This document shows, piece by piece, positions 48,014 through 55,702 of a DNA stretch of 64,000 nucleotides (within the stretch, counting starts at the first letter, position 1; each line of letters starts with the position of its first letter). The notes under the pieces were generated by a model. It worked only from the letters and a program-made list of their open reading frames with translations. It made no database searches and was not told the DNA's origin. The DNA is from an uncultured Nitrososphaerota archaeon (GTDB taxonomy: Archaea > Thermoproteota > EX4484-205 > JAAOZP01): assembly GCA_964635675.1 (NCBI GenBank), contig CAZWPT010000016.1, positions 18,522 to 82,521 of the forward strand, written 5' to 3'. The translations under genes and the position numbers were made by a program.

Positions 48014-49018
48014 TCAGAGATCCGTGTAGTCGAGCACTAAGGGGAGCCCGGGTAAGGCCGGTATTCTAGTTAGGCTGCTCGCCATCCTCCAGGCGTCTAT
48101 GCTCCACCTGCGCTGAGAAGGGGTTTCCGAACCCTTATCCTTTATTGAGAAGGCTTTCACGAGCATTGGTGAGGATGCTATGAGTGATGAGACTATTCCG
48201 CCTAAGAGGCCCAGCGGATTCAGAAAGACTGTTGCTAAAAGCCCGGTCAGCAAGCCTACTGCGACGATGGCTGCGGAGGCGGTTAGCATTGTTGCCCGTG
48301 ACCTTGTGCTCAACGGGTACTCGACGAATAGGACCCTGCCCCCGGACGCGTCTAGGAGAACCCTGTGCGGCTTACCCTTGTAGACGTACTCCATTAGCCA
48401 GAATGGGTAGTGGACGAGCCCAAGGTAGTTGACTTCAACGTTCTCAAGCCTCTTCGAGCCTCCGCAGCTCCTGCTAGCCTCAGCCATAGCCTGACCAGAT
48501 ATTAACCGGTATGCGGCGTTGTAGGCTTCCTCGTAGCTCAAGGTAGGCATGTAGAACCTGCTCCTCTGGGCTTGACCAGGGTTGAAGAAGCTTCTCCCCC
48601 TCACCGAGAACGAGAGTTCCTTGGCGTAGCTGTCGAGCCAGGTGCCTGTGTAAGCTGCCAGAATAGGCGTGTTCCGGGTCTCAAGGTAGCTGGCCTGCTT
48701 ACCGCCATAGGAGCAGGAGGAGTATGCCTTGCAGCTGAAAACATGGTAGGGAACGTTGTAGAGCTCGGCTTTGCGAAGATTAGCCTCAGCGTTGAAATCA
48801 TCCGGGACGCCGTACCTCCTGGTTATGAACTGCATTGCTTTACGCCAGGCTGACGGGCTCTCCACGTAGGCTGGGAACATGTAGTAGGTCCAGGTCTTCC
48901 CGGTTGAAAGCTCGAAGGTGTGGCCGCAGTAGGGGCAGACGATTATTGAGGCTGATTGCGGCGCGTTTATAGAAGCGTTGCAGTTTAGGCACGTGACTGT
49001 CTTCAGACTCATTTCCAC
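48014..49018 (-). CDS. zinc-ribbon membrane protein of unknown function (paralog A)
   Basis: 334 aa with an N-terminal CxxC-x17-CxxC ribbon (CLNCN...CPYCG), a roughly 200-aa soluble domain, a YxYKGK motif, and 2 C-terminal TM helices. Confidence 0.5.
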   Translation of the reverse strand: MEMSLKTVTCLNCNASINAPQSASIIVCPYCGHTFELSTGKTWTYYMFPAYVESPSAWRKAMQFITRRYGVPDDFNAEANLRKAELYNVPYHVFSCKAYSSCSYGGKQASYLETRNTPILAAYTGTWLDSYAKELSFSVRGRSFFNPGQAQRSRFYMPTLSYEEAYNAAYRLISGQAMAEASRSCGGSKRLENVEVNYLGLVHYPFWLMEYVYKGKPHRVLLDASGGRVLFVEYPLSTRSRATMLTASAAIVAVGLLTGLLATVFLNPLGLLGGIVSSLIASSPMLVKAFSIKDKGSETPSQRRWSIDAWRMASSLTRIPALPGLPLVLDYTDL

Positions 49019-49971
49019 CTTTCCTCCCTAACGTCGCTAACAGCCCTGCTCGCCAGGAGGGCTCCGGCTGCTGAAACAAGTATGAAGCCGAGTACTGGAA
49101 ACCATTCTCTGAAAGATGTTAAGAGGGCCAGTATGAAGGCGCCTGCCGCTACTGACAGGGTGCTTCCGAGTATGTACAGTATTCTCTGGCCTAGGAAGAC
49201 TGGTTCCGAAACCCTTAGGAATTGAAGGGTGTAGCCTGAGACGCTTGCCCTATACATTCCACCCTTATACTTGTATACTAGGCTCCAAATCGGGGCCAGC
49301 AGTATCCAGAGCGAGTTCACCCTGGCCTCGCAGGAATAGTAGTAGAAGCCGTCTAAGCCGTTGGAGGAGCGTGTGCTTTCCCTCAGCTCGTCCTCAACCA
49401 TGTCCTTAAGCTCGTCCTCAGCCTCCTCGGGGAGAAGCTCAGCGTTTAAAACCTGGAGCCCAACGTTCCTCCAGTCTATCGCAGCCAGGGGTTGAGGGTC
49501 TTTAGCGGACTTCGCCTGGCTCACAAGCTCCTCCAAGCCGTACTCGGCAGCCTCCCTCCTCGCCGTGAAGGCGAGCCTCATCGAAGTGTTGAAAGACCCT
49601 TTCTTCGTCACGGTCTTGGTGACGTATGATTTACCCCTTTTCTCAGTAACCCTCCGGAAGCCGGACCACTCGCCGACTGCGGAAACATCCCCCATGAGAA
49701 TCGGCACGTAGAAGCCCTGAGCCTCGACAAGCTCAATGTCGCTGTAGACCCTGCTCATATCTGGGTCGCTCCTCATCCTGCTCCAGAAGGCGTTCACCAC
49801 CTCGTCCCTTGTCCGAGTCGGCAGTATGAATATTTCAAACCTACCTGTGGAGAACCAGTTGACCGTCCCACAGTATTCGCACACGCACACTATTGTCTCA
49901 GGAGTGTAATTCAAGGGAGCACCGCAGTTTGAGCATTTGAAGACCTTTTCAGATATGGTTGACTCTGTCAA
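49009..49971 (-). CDS. zinc-ribbon membrane protein of unknown function (paralog B)
   Basis: 320 aa with an N-terminal ribbon (CSNCG...CEYCG), a YKYKGGMYRASVSG motif and 2-3 C-terminal TM helices. It overlaps paralog A by 10 nt and the upstream gene by 4 nt. Confidence 0.5.
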   Translation of the reverse strand: MTESTISEKVFKCSNCGAPLNYTPETIVCVCEYCGTVNWFSTGRFEIFILPTRTRDEVVNAFWSRMRSDPDMSRVYSDIELVEAQGFYVPILMGDVSAVGEWSGFRRVTEKRGKSYVTKTVTKKGSFNTSMRLAFTARREAAEYGLEELVSQAKSAKDPQPLAAIDWRNVGLQVLNAELLPEEAEDELKDMVEDELRESTRSSNGLDGFYYYSCEARVNSLWILLAPIWSLVYKYKGGMYRASVSGYTLQFLRVSEPVFLGQRILYILGSTLSVAAGAFILALLTSFREWFPVLGFILVSAAGALLASRAVSDVREERWK

Positions 49972-50378
49972 CGCCTACCAATCCTTGAAACTATTACCCC
50001 GACCACGACGATTATTATGAGGGATATGCTCAGGTTAAGCGGCAGGTTTCCGGTGAGAAGCGTTAGGAAGAGTGAGAAACCAAGGCAGCACATCACTAGT
50101 CCCCAAATAAGGTAGTACTTGAAGTCGGCAGCGTGAATCGAGAAGAAAACAGTGTAGAACCCAAGCATGATGAGCGGCAGTGAAACTAGAATAAGCGGTT
50201 CACCGTAGCCTGTTGAAAACAGTATGCCGTCTATGCCTATTGAAACTAGCAGGACAGCCAGCGCGTAGCCTCCATACCCGACTTTTCTACTCATCTCATT
50301 AGCCTCAGAACCACAAGGCGAGCTTTGAATATATAACTTTTCCCTATCTTCGCCAAGGATTGAAGGGACATTGAGCAC
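49968..50378 (-). CDS. small polytopic membrane protein (4 TM)
   Basis: Four hydrophobic helices. The likely true start is the internal Met at 50294 (MSRKVGYGG...), with a TATATA box at 50329-50337. Confidence 0.4.
   Translation of the reverse strand: MLNVPSILGEDREKLYIQSSPCGSEANEMSRKVGYGGYALAVLLVSIGIDGILFSTGYGEPLILVSLPLIMLGFYTVFFSIHAADFKYYLIWGLVMCCLGFSLFLTLLTGNLPLNLSISLIIIVVVGVIVSRIGRR
50329..50337 (-). promoter_or_regulatory. TATA-like box (TTATATATT on the minus strand) upstream of the 4TM / Zn-ribbon membrane operon
   Basis: About 35-40 nt upstream of the internal Met at 50294. Confidence 0.3.
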
Positions 50379-50384
50379 CTAGCC

Positions 50385-50690
50385 TCAATTTTCCTCGTTA
50401 TGCTCACCAATTCTTCTGGGCCAAGCTCCTCGTGAGAACCTAGCGCGCGCTAATAGGACAACCCTTCCATCCCTCATGAGTTTTCCGATACGTCTAACCG
50501 CCTCCTCAGGATTAACATGTGAAAAACCGTTTTCATCCCAAGCGGCAACGCCGCCAGACCTGGTCGCCACAAAGTAGTTAGACTGAGTGAAAAACCTCTT
50601 TAACAGGAAGGTCTTCCCGGTTTTCCGACTCCCGTAAACCAGTACCCATCCTATTAGACCTCTTAATTCGTCTTCCTCCCCCTGCTTACT
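50385..50690 (-). pseudogene. degraded N-terminal fragment of an archaeal-type P-loop ATPase (PF01637-like)
   Basis: An in-frame stretch ...GWVLVYGSRKTGKTFLLKRFF... (Walker A) has no in-frame ATG/GTG/TTG upstream. An ATG sits one frame off, with an extra G in a GGG run. The reading frame stops after about 105 aa, whereas family members are 350 aa or longer. Confidence 0.4.
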
Positions 50691-50700
50691 ATGATATGAG

Positions 50701-50736
50701 GAATATTCTCCACAGAATATTCCCTTTAGAATATTC
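50701..50736. repeat. three direct copies of the 8-bp palindrome GAATATTC at exact 14-bp spacing (candidate operator array)
   Basis: GAATATTC at 50701, 50715 and 50729, with context gGAATATTCtcc / aGAATATTCcct / aGAATATTCtca. On the minus strand the array lies just downstream of a TATA-like GTTTATGA, upstream of the ATPase fragment. Confidence 0.6.
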
Positions 50737-50812
50737 TCATAAACCTTTAGCTTATCCTATGCACCAGTTCAGATCTGCCTCTTGACCATCGACTCTACTT
50801 GTTTAATTCAAA

Positions 50813-51964
50813 CTATTGGAGCTTTGCACCGCAATTAAGGCAAAACTTTGAGCCCTCAGGCACCGTGGACCCGCATTTCGGACAGTTAACACTCTGAGGC
50901 TGCAACTGAGCTCCGCAGTTCATGCAGAACTTTGCGCCAGCAGGGTTCTGTGTTCCGCATTTCGGACAATTCACCGTGGCCTGCATGGGTGCACCGCAGC
51001 TCATACAGAATTTAGCTGTGCTCGGGTTCTGCGTCCCGCATTTCGGGCATGCTACTGTTCCTGCTGGAGGCGCGGCTGGTGGCTGCGCCGGCGGTGGCGG
51101 GGGTGCTTGGATGGCTGCGCCGCAGGACGGGCAGAACTTGCTTGTGGAGGGTACTTGTGCTTTGCAGCTTGGACATATGACCATTGGTGCTGCGGCAGCC
51201 TGCTGCATTAGCTGGGGCACCAGAACTATTCCTGTTCCAGCCGCCGCCCCGGGCGACTTGCTCAGGGACTCGGCGACGCTCTTAGTCGTGTCCATCGCCA
51301 TGACTTGTGTCGCAGCGCCGCCGGTCTGCTTTATCCAGAACAGCCTGTCCCTGTACTCCGGCGTGGTGTCAACACCCTCAAACTTTAGGTCTATGACGTC
51401 TACGCCGACACGCTTAAACTCCTCGTCTATCGTTGCCTTAACCTTGAACGAAACCTCCTCAAGCTTTGTGAAGACCGTCACAAGGTCGTATTTCGAGAGC
51501 TGCGTTATCAGCCTCTCGTTCATGAATCCCCGTAGGAAACTGTTTACGGATTCAGTGGTGTATGCGCTCTGCCCTCCCACGACCTCCATTACGAACGTCT
51601 TAGGATCCCCGATTTTAAACCAGAATGCCCCATAGAACTTCAGGGGTGCGAGCTCAACCGTCTGCCCGCTGGCTCCGAACAATCCTTTAAACTGCTTCGT
51701 GGAGACGAATATGACTGTGGCTTTGAAAGGCGTGGTCTCGAAGCCAGCCACCCTTGTTAACACGCCTGTGAGCAGCGGCAGGTTCATCGTTGTTAAAGTA
51801 TGTCTGCCAGGCCCGAAGACATCGTAAGCCTTGCCGTCCCTGAAGAATATTGCAGCCTCATACTCGTGGACGATCAGCTGAGCACCCCAGGTTATCTCCT
51901 CCTTCGGGTATCTCCAGACGATGTCGTCAGCGGAAGCCCCTATCCACTCTATTATCTGAGGCAT
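50813..51964 (-). CDS. SPFH/Band-7 superfamily protein (PF13421-like) with four C-terminal zinc ribbons
   Basis: 383 aa. The N-terminal IEWIG..DDIVWRYP...GAQLIVHEYEAAIFFRDGKAYDVFGPGRHTLTT matches the SPFH-like family. The C-terminus has a Pro-rich linker and 4x C-P-x-C-G...KFCxxCG. Confidence 0.7.
   Translation of the reverse strand: MPQIIEWIGASADDIVWRYPKEEITWGAQLIVHEYEAAIFFRDGKAYDVFGPGRHTLTTMNLPLLTGVLTRVAGFETTPFKATVIFVSTKQFKGLFGASGQTVELAPLKFYGAFWFKIGDPKTFVMEVVGGQSAYTTESVNSFLRGFMNERLITQLSKYDLVTVFTKLEEVSFKVKATIDEEFKRVGVDVIDLKFEGVDTTPEYRDRLFWIKQTGGAATQVMAMDTTKSVAESLSKSPGAAAGTGIVLVPQLMQQAAAAPMVICPSCKAQVPSTSKFCPSCGAAIQAPPPPPAQPPAAPPAGTVACPKCGTQNPSTAKFCMSCGAPMQATVNCPKCGTQNPAGAKFCMNCGAQLQPQSVNCPKCGSTVPEGSKFCLNCGAKLQ
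50816..51175 (-). repeat. in-frame tandem repeats encoding four zinc-ribbon modules (roughly 23-aa / 69-nt units)
   Basis: Nucleotide-level repeats (ccgcatttcggaca... three times) encode CPKCGTQNP..AKFCM.CGA..Q units at aa 264-283, 306-325, 333-352 and 361-380. Confidence 0.8.
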
Positions 51965-51966
51965 TC

Positions 51967-52503
51967 CTAGACACCTCTCTTAATGGAGACTATCTCCTCC
52001 TCTCTGGAGGAGAAGGCTGATTCAAGCTCCCTAGCCTTGGCTTCAAGCTGCTTCAAGAGATTTGGGAGAGCATCAAGGCTTCCGGCTGCAGCAGCGTTGC
52101 CAGCCTCCTCAGCTATTCTGGAGACCTCTTCACAAGCCCCTAGAAGCCTGTAGTCATACTCCATCAGCTTGTCGAGCTCAGCCTCGCGAACCTTGACGAG
52201 GTCGAAGAAGCCCGCGTAACCGTAGTCAGCATGCCCAATCTTGTTTATAACCCTGTCTAGGACCGCGGAAACCCTGTTTATATTCTTAAACAATCCAGCT
52301 GCATCCGAGTCAGCAGCCTCCCTTGAGACTGTTTTCAAATGGGACCTGGCTGCCTCAAGCTTTTTAACCATGAAATCCCTTAGAAGCTTGTCCGCTTCCC
52401 TCCTAACCTCCTTCTGCTTATACCCCCTGTAGCCGGGGAGATAGGAGGCTATCTTCTCAGCCAGTCCTCTTTTCTCCTCATACTCCTTTATGAATTCACT
52501 CAT
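51967..52503 (-). CDS. hypothetical coiled-coil protein
   Basis: 178 aa, charged and alpha-helical. It is 2 nt upstream of the SPFH gene, so it is probably co-transcribed. Confidence 0.4.
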   Translation of the reverse strand: MSEFIKEYEEKRGLAEKIASYLPGYRGYKQKEVRREADKLLRDFMVKKLEAARSHLKTVSREAADSDAAGLFKNINRVSAVLDRVINKIGHADYGYAGFFDLVKVREAELDKLMEYDYRLLGACEEVSRIAEEAGNAAAAGSLDALPNLLKQLEAKARELESAFSSREEEIVSIKRGV

Positions 52504-52567
52504 GAATAGATGTGATTCATAACTAGCTTAAAAACATTACTTATAGAAGAATTTAAAAACACGTTTC

Positions 52568-53575
52568 TTACAGTGGGAGCGTTACAGGCCTGCCCTCTTT
52601 AAGCGACCTGTGTACCGCCAGCGCAACCTCTAAAGCAGCCCTCGCATCCTCAGCTGAAACCAGCGGCTTCTCCAACCCCTTCACGCAGTTGATGAAATGG
52701 CTAATCTCGTCCCTGAGATATCCTCTAACCTGCCCGTGAACAACCGGCTGGTAGTAGGACAGGTTTTCCGGCCCCTTCTCACCCCAGAACAGGAAGCTGT
52801 CGCTGGGCTGGCTTATCCAGATGCTTCCCCTCGTTCCCACGAGTTCAAGTTTAAAGTCGAAAGACATTGTGGAAGGCAAGACCCAAATGTTTTCAAGAGA
52901 ACCCACTGTCCCCCCTTTAAACCTGAAGACAGACCAGACCGCGTCCTTGACACCGTAGGGCTTGAGAACCCTGCTCTCCGCCTCAGCGTAAACCCGGGTG
53001 ATACTCCTCCCAATTATCCACCTCATCACATCAATGTCGTGCACGCCGAGGAAGAGAAGCGGGGAGGTTTCCTTAAGCCAGGCTTTCAACCGCATGGGGG
53101 AGGTTATTGAGTTGTTTCTCCTAGCCCAGATTGAAACGGGTTTGCCGAGCAGACCCCTATCCATGTATTCCTTAGCCTTCGCGTAATTGTAGTCGAACCT
53201 CACTATGTGGCCTACGAGGAAAGTTATCCCTGCTTTTCTAACCGCTTTCACAATGGCGTCCGCATCCCTCAGAGTTGTGGCAATAGGCTTCTCCAGGAGC
53301 ACTGCTTTCCCAGCCTTAGCCGCCGCCACAGTAGGCTCCCGGTGGAGGTGATCTGGGACAACGATACTGACAGCATCAATATCCGGCCTCTCTAAAAGAT
53401 CGTTGTAGTCAGTATACCATTTCTCCGCCCCGTATTCCCTCGCAGCCTGCCTAGCCTTTTTCTCTATAACGTCCACGGTCGCCACGAGCTTAACCCCCGG
53501 GAGTTCCGAGTAGACGCGCGCGTGATACTTCCCCATAACGCCGCAGCCTATTACACCTACCCTAATCAGACTCAT
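52568..53575 (-). CDS. Gfo/Idh/MocA-family NAD(P)-dependent oxidoreductase
   Basis: 335 aa with the N-terminal IRVGVIGCGVMGKYHARV and an EKP motif. Confidence 0.8.
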   Translation of the reverse strand: MSLIRVGVIGCGVMGKYHARVYSELPGVKLVATVDVIEKKARQAAREYGAEKWYTDYNDLLERPDIDAVSIVVPDHLHREPTVAAAKAGKAVLLEKPIATTLRDADAIVKAVRKAGITFLVGHIVRFDYNYAKAKEYMDRGLLGKPVSIWARRNNSITSPMRLKAWLKETSPLLFLGVHDIDVMRWIIGRSITRVYAEAESRVLKPYGVKDAVWSVFRFKGGTVGSLENIWVLPSTMSFDFKLELVGTRGSIWISQPSDSFLFWGEKGPENLSYYQPVVHGQVRGYLRDEISHFINCVKGLEKPLVSAEDARAALEVALAVHRSLKEGRPVTLPL

Positions 53576-53586
53576 CTTTCTCCATT

Positions 53587-54597
53587 TTAAAGCATCCTAA
53601 CCCTCTCTAAAGGCTTTACTTTCGCAACCTCAGGGTTGAGAAGGCTTGGAGGAGCCTCCCCCCGGAGGACGCTTAGAATGTTTTCAGCAGCTTTCTCAGC
53701 AAGCCTCCTCCTAGCCTCGAAGGTGGCGCTCGCCATGTGAGGGGTTAGGACAACGTTATCCATGCTTATGAGAGGGTTACCGGGGTCGATAGGCTCATTC
53801 TCGAAAACGTCAAGCGCGGCTCCGGCTATCCACCCTTCTTTCAAAGCCTTAACCAGAGCCTTCTCGTCGACCACCGCTCCCCTGGAGACGTTCACCAGGT
53901 AGGAGGAGGGCTTCATACTCCTAAGCTCCCTTTCACCAATCATCTTAACCGTCTCAGGGGTGAGAGCAGTTGAGAGAACGATGAAGTCCGACTCCCTTAG
54001 AAGCTCGTCGAGAGTCCTGTAGGATATGCCTAGCTCAGCCTCAACATCCGGCTTCCTGGTCCTGCTGAAGTATACGACCCTCATTCCCAGACCCCCGGCC
54101 CTCCTTGCCAGAGCTTTTCCAATGGCTCCAAGCCCGATTATGCCGAGCGTCCTACCGCTTATCTCGGAGCCGAGCATGAACATCGGTGACCAAGCTATCT
54201 TCCAAGAGCCGCTTCTGAGAAGCCTGTCCGCCTCCACGACTCTCCTGGCAACCGCGAACAGGAGGGCCAGCGCGAACTCTGCAACAGCGTCTGTCAAAAC
54301 CCCGGGAACGTTCGCAACGTATACTCCTCTCGCAGTAGCCTCCTTCAAATCTATATGGTCGTAGCCAGCACTCATGGTACTTACAACCTTAAGTCTCTCA
54401 GCCTTCTCCAGAACCCCCCTGTCTATCCTGTCGCCTAGAAGTATTAGCGCGGCATCCTTGTCCTCGAGGCTCTTAACCAGGATACTCCTGGGCGCAGGGT
54501 GGTCGGAGTCGTTCAGCTCAACATCGCAGTGTTCTCTGAGAAGCCTCAGCGCGGAGTCCTGTATTCTCCTCGAAACGTAGACCCTCGGCCTAACCAT
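53587..54597 (-). CDS. D-isomer-specific 2-hydroxyacid dehydrogenase (glyoxylate/hydroxypyruvate reductase-like)
   Basis: 336 aa with the NAD-binding motif GIIGLGAIGKALARRA and catalytic R/E/H positions in the C-terminal part. It is 11 nt downstream of the preceding gene. Confidence 0.8.
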   Translation of the reverse strand: MVRPRVYVSRRIQDSALRLLREHCDVELNDSDHPAPRSILVKSLEDKDAALILLGDRIDRGVLEKAERLKVVSTMSAGYDHIDLKEATARGVYVANVPGVLTDAVAEFALALLFAVARRVVEADRLLRSGSWKIAWSPMFMLGSEISGRTLGIIGLGAIGKALARRAGGLGMRVVYFSRTRKPDVEAELGISYRTLDELLRESDFIVLSTALTPETVKMIGERELRSMKPSSYLVNVSRGAVVDEKALVKALKEGWIAGAALDVFENEPIDPGNPLISMDNVVLTPHMASATFEARRRLAEKAAENILSVLRGEAPPSLLNPEVAKVKPLERVRML

Positions 54598-54655
54598 GCT
54601 TACTCAGATTATTCATACTGTTTTATAAGTATTGGCGTCTCAAACCCTGTTCCCG

Positions 54656-55684
54656 TCAAGAAGGCTTTAAAACCATTATTCTCGGGCGAGCGTCGCCATG
54701 CCTGATGGTCCTCTCATGCTCAAGGCTTAACCCTATTTCAGAAGATATTTCTCTCAAGTAGCCAGGCTTGAGAGTTATTAGCACGATCTTCCCATCGTCG
54801 CTAAGAACCTTCCTCATCTCCGGCAGGCACCTGCTGTATAAAGCATACGGGTTGATCCTTGCCACCGGCTTAGTGCCGTAGGGAGGGTCTGTAACTATCC
54901 TGTCAACCTTAAACCTTAACGCTTTAGAAAGCCTCCTGCAATCAACCCTCTTGAAGACTATTTTTTCGGAAGCACCCATGGCTTCAGCGTTCAGCGCAGC
55001 ACCCTCCAGAAAATATTCTGAAGCATCGAACCCGTATATCTTAACGCCACTGGTTGAGAGAGCAGCCTCGATGGGTATGATTCCGCCGCCGCACATTGGG
55101 TCGAGAAGAATCGTCCCCGGCGTGGGGCTGGCTATTCTAACCATTCCGTACGCAACCGAGGGTCTGAGTGCAGCCGGATGTGTGAAGACGAAGTACCTGC
55201 CCGAGGCATACTCGTTTCTGAAAAGGCCTATGAAGCAGGTGTCTCCAACAATATCAAGGAAAACATTAGCCTGAAAATTCTCAAGATCCACTTTTAAGCC
55301 ATACTTGTCCACTACTGCTTGGCCAGCCTTCCTCTGAACATCCATGCTTGTAAACTCGTGCTCGCCACGCCTCCTGCAAGTCACTCTGAACGAGGAGGCT
55401 TCGCGAAAACCGCTGGGAAACTCGATTCTCATAACCTCATTGTATATATCCTGCAGGCCTCTTAGACTCGTGTCCACTTTAAAAGCCCCGACATACTCTA
55501 TGAACCAGTCTACGCTTCTGAGCGACAACAGTCTTGAAGAAGCCGGGGCAGGTATGTCTATAACTATCCTTCCGGGAACACCCTGAGGATTCTCCTCGAC
55601 GACGCTTTTAAAACCGATCTTCTCCTCCAGCTCAGACTTAACAATGTCCTCGAGGCCGCATGGAAAGATTATTAGAAACCTCAC
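54656..55684 (-). CDS. THUMP-domain RNA (guanine-N2)-methyltransferase, Trm14/TrmN-like
   Basis: 342 aa with an N-terminal THUMP-like region, the SAM motif LLDPMCGGGIIPIEAA, and the catalytic VTDPPYG. Confidence 0.65.
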   Translation of the reverse strand: MRFLIIFPCGLEDIVKSELEEKIGFKSVVEENPQGVPGRIVIDIPAPASSRLLSLRSVDWFIEYVGAFKVDTSLRGLQDIYNEVMRIEFPSGFREASSFRVTCRRRGEHEFTSMDVQRKAGQAVVDKYGLKVDLENFQANVFLDIVGDTCFIGLFRNEYASGRYFVFTHPAALRPSVAYGMVRIASPTPGTILLDPMCGGGIIPIEAALSTSGVKIYGFDASEYFLEGAALNAEAMGASEKIVFKRVDCRRLSKALRFKVDRIVTDPPYGTKPVARINPYALYSRCLPEMRKVLSDDGKIVLITLKPGYLREISSEIGLSLEHERTIRHGDARPRIMVLKPS

Positions 55685-55702
55685 GGCAGAGCTTTAAGGA
55701 TG

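Noticed and set aside
50816-51175. Regularly spaced 69-nt direct repeats that might be mistaken for a CRISPR-like array
   Set aside because: The repeats are in-frame inside a CDS and encode the zinc-ribbon modules of the SPFH protein. They have no spacer/repeat structure and no cas genes.
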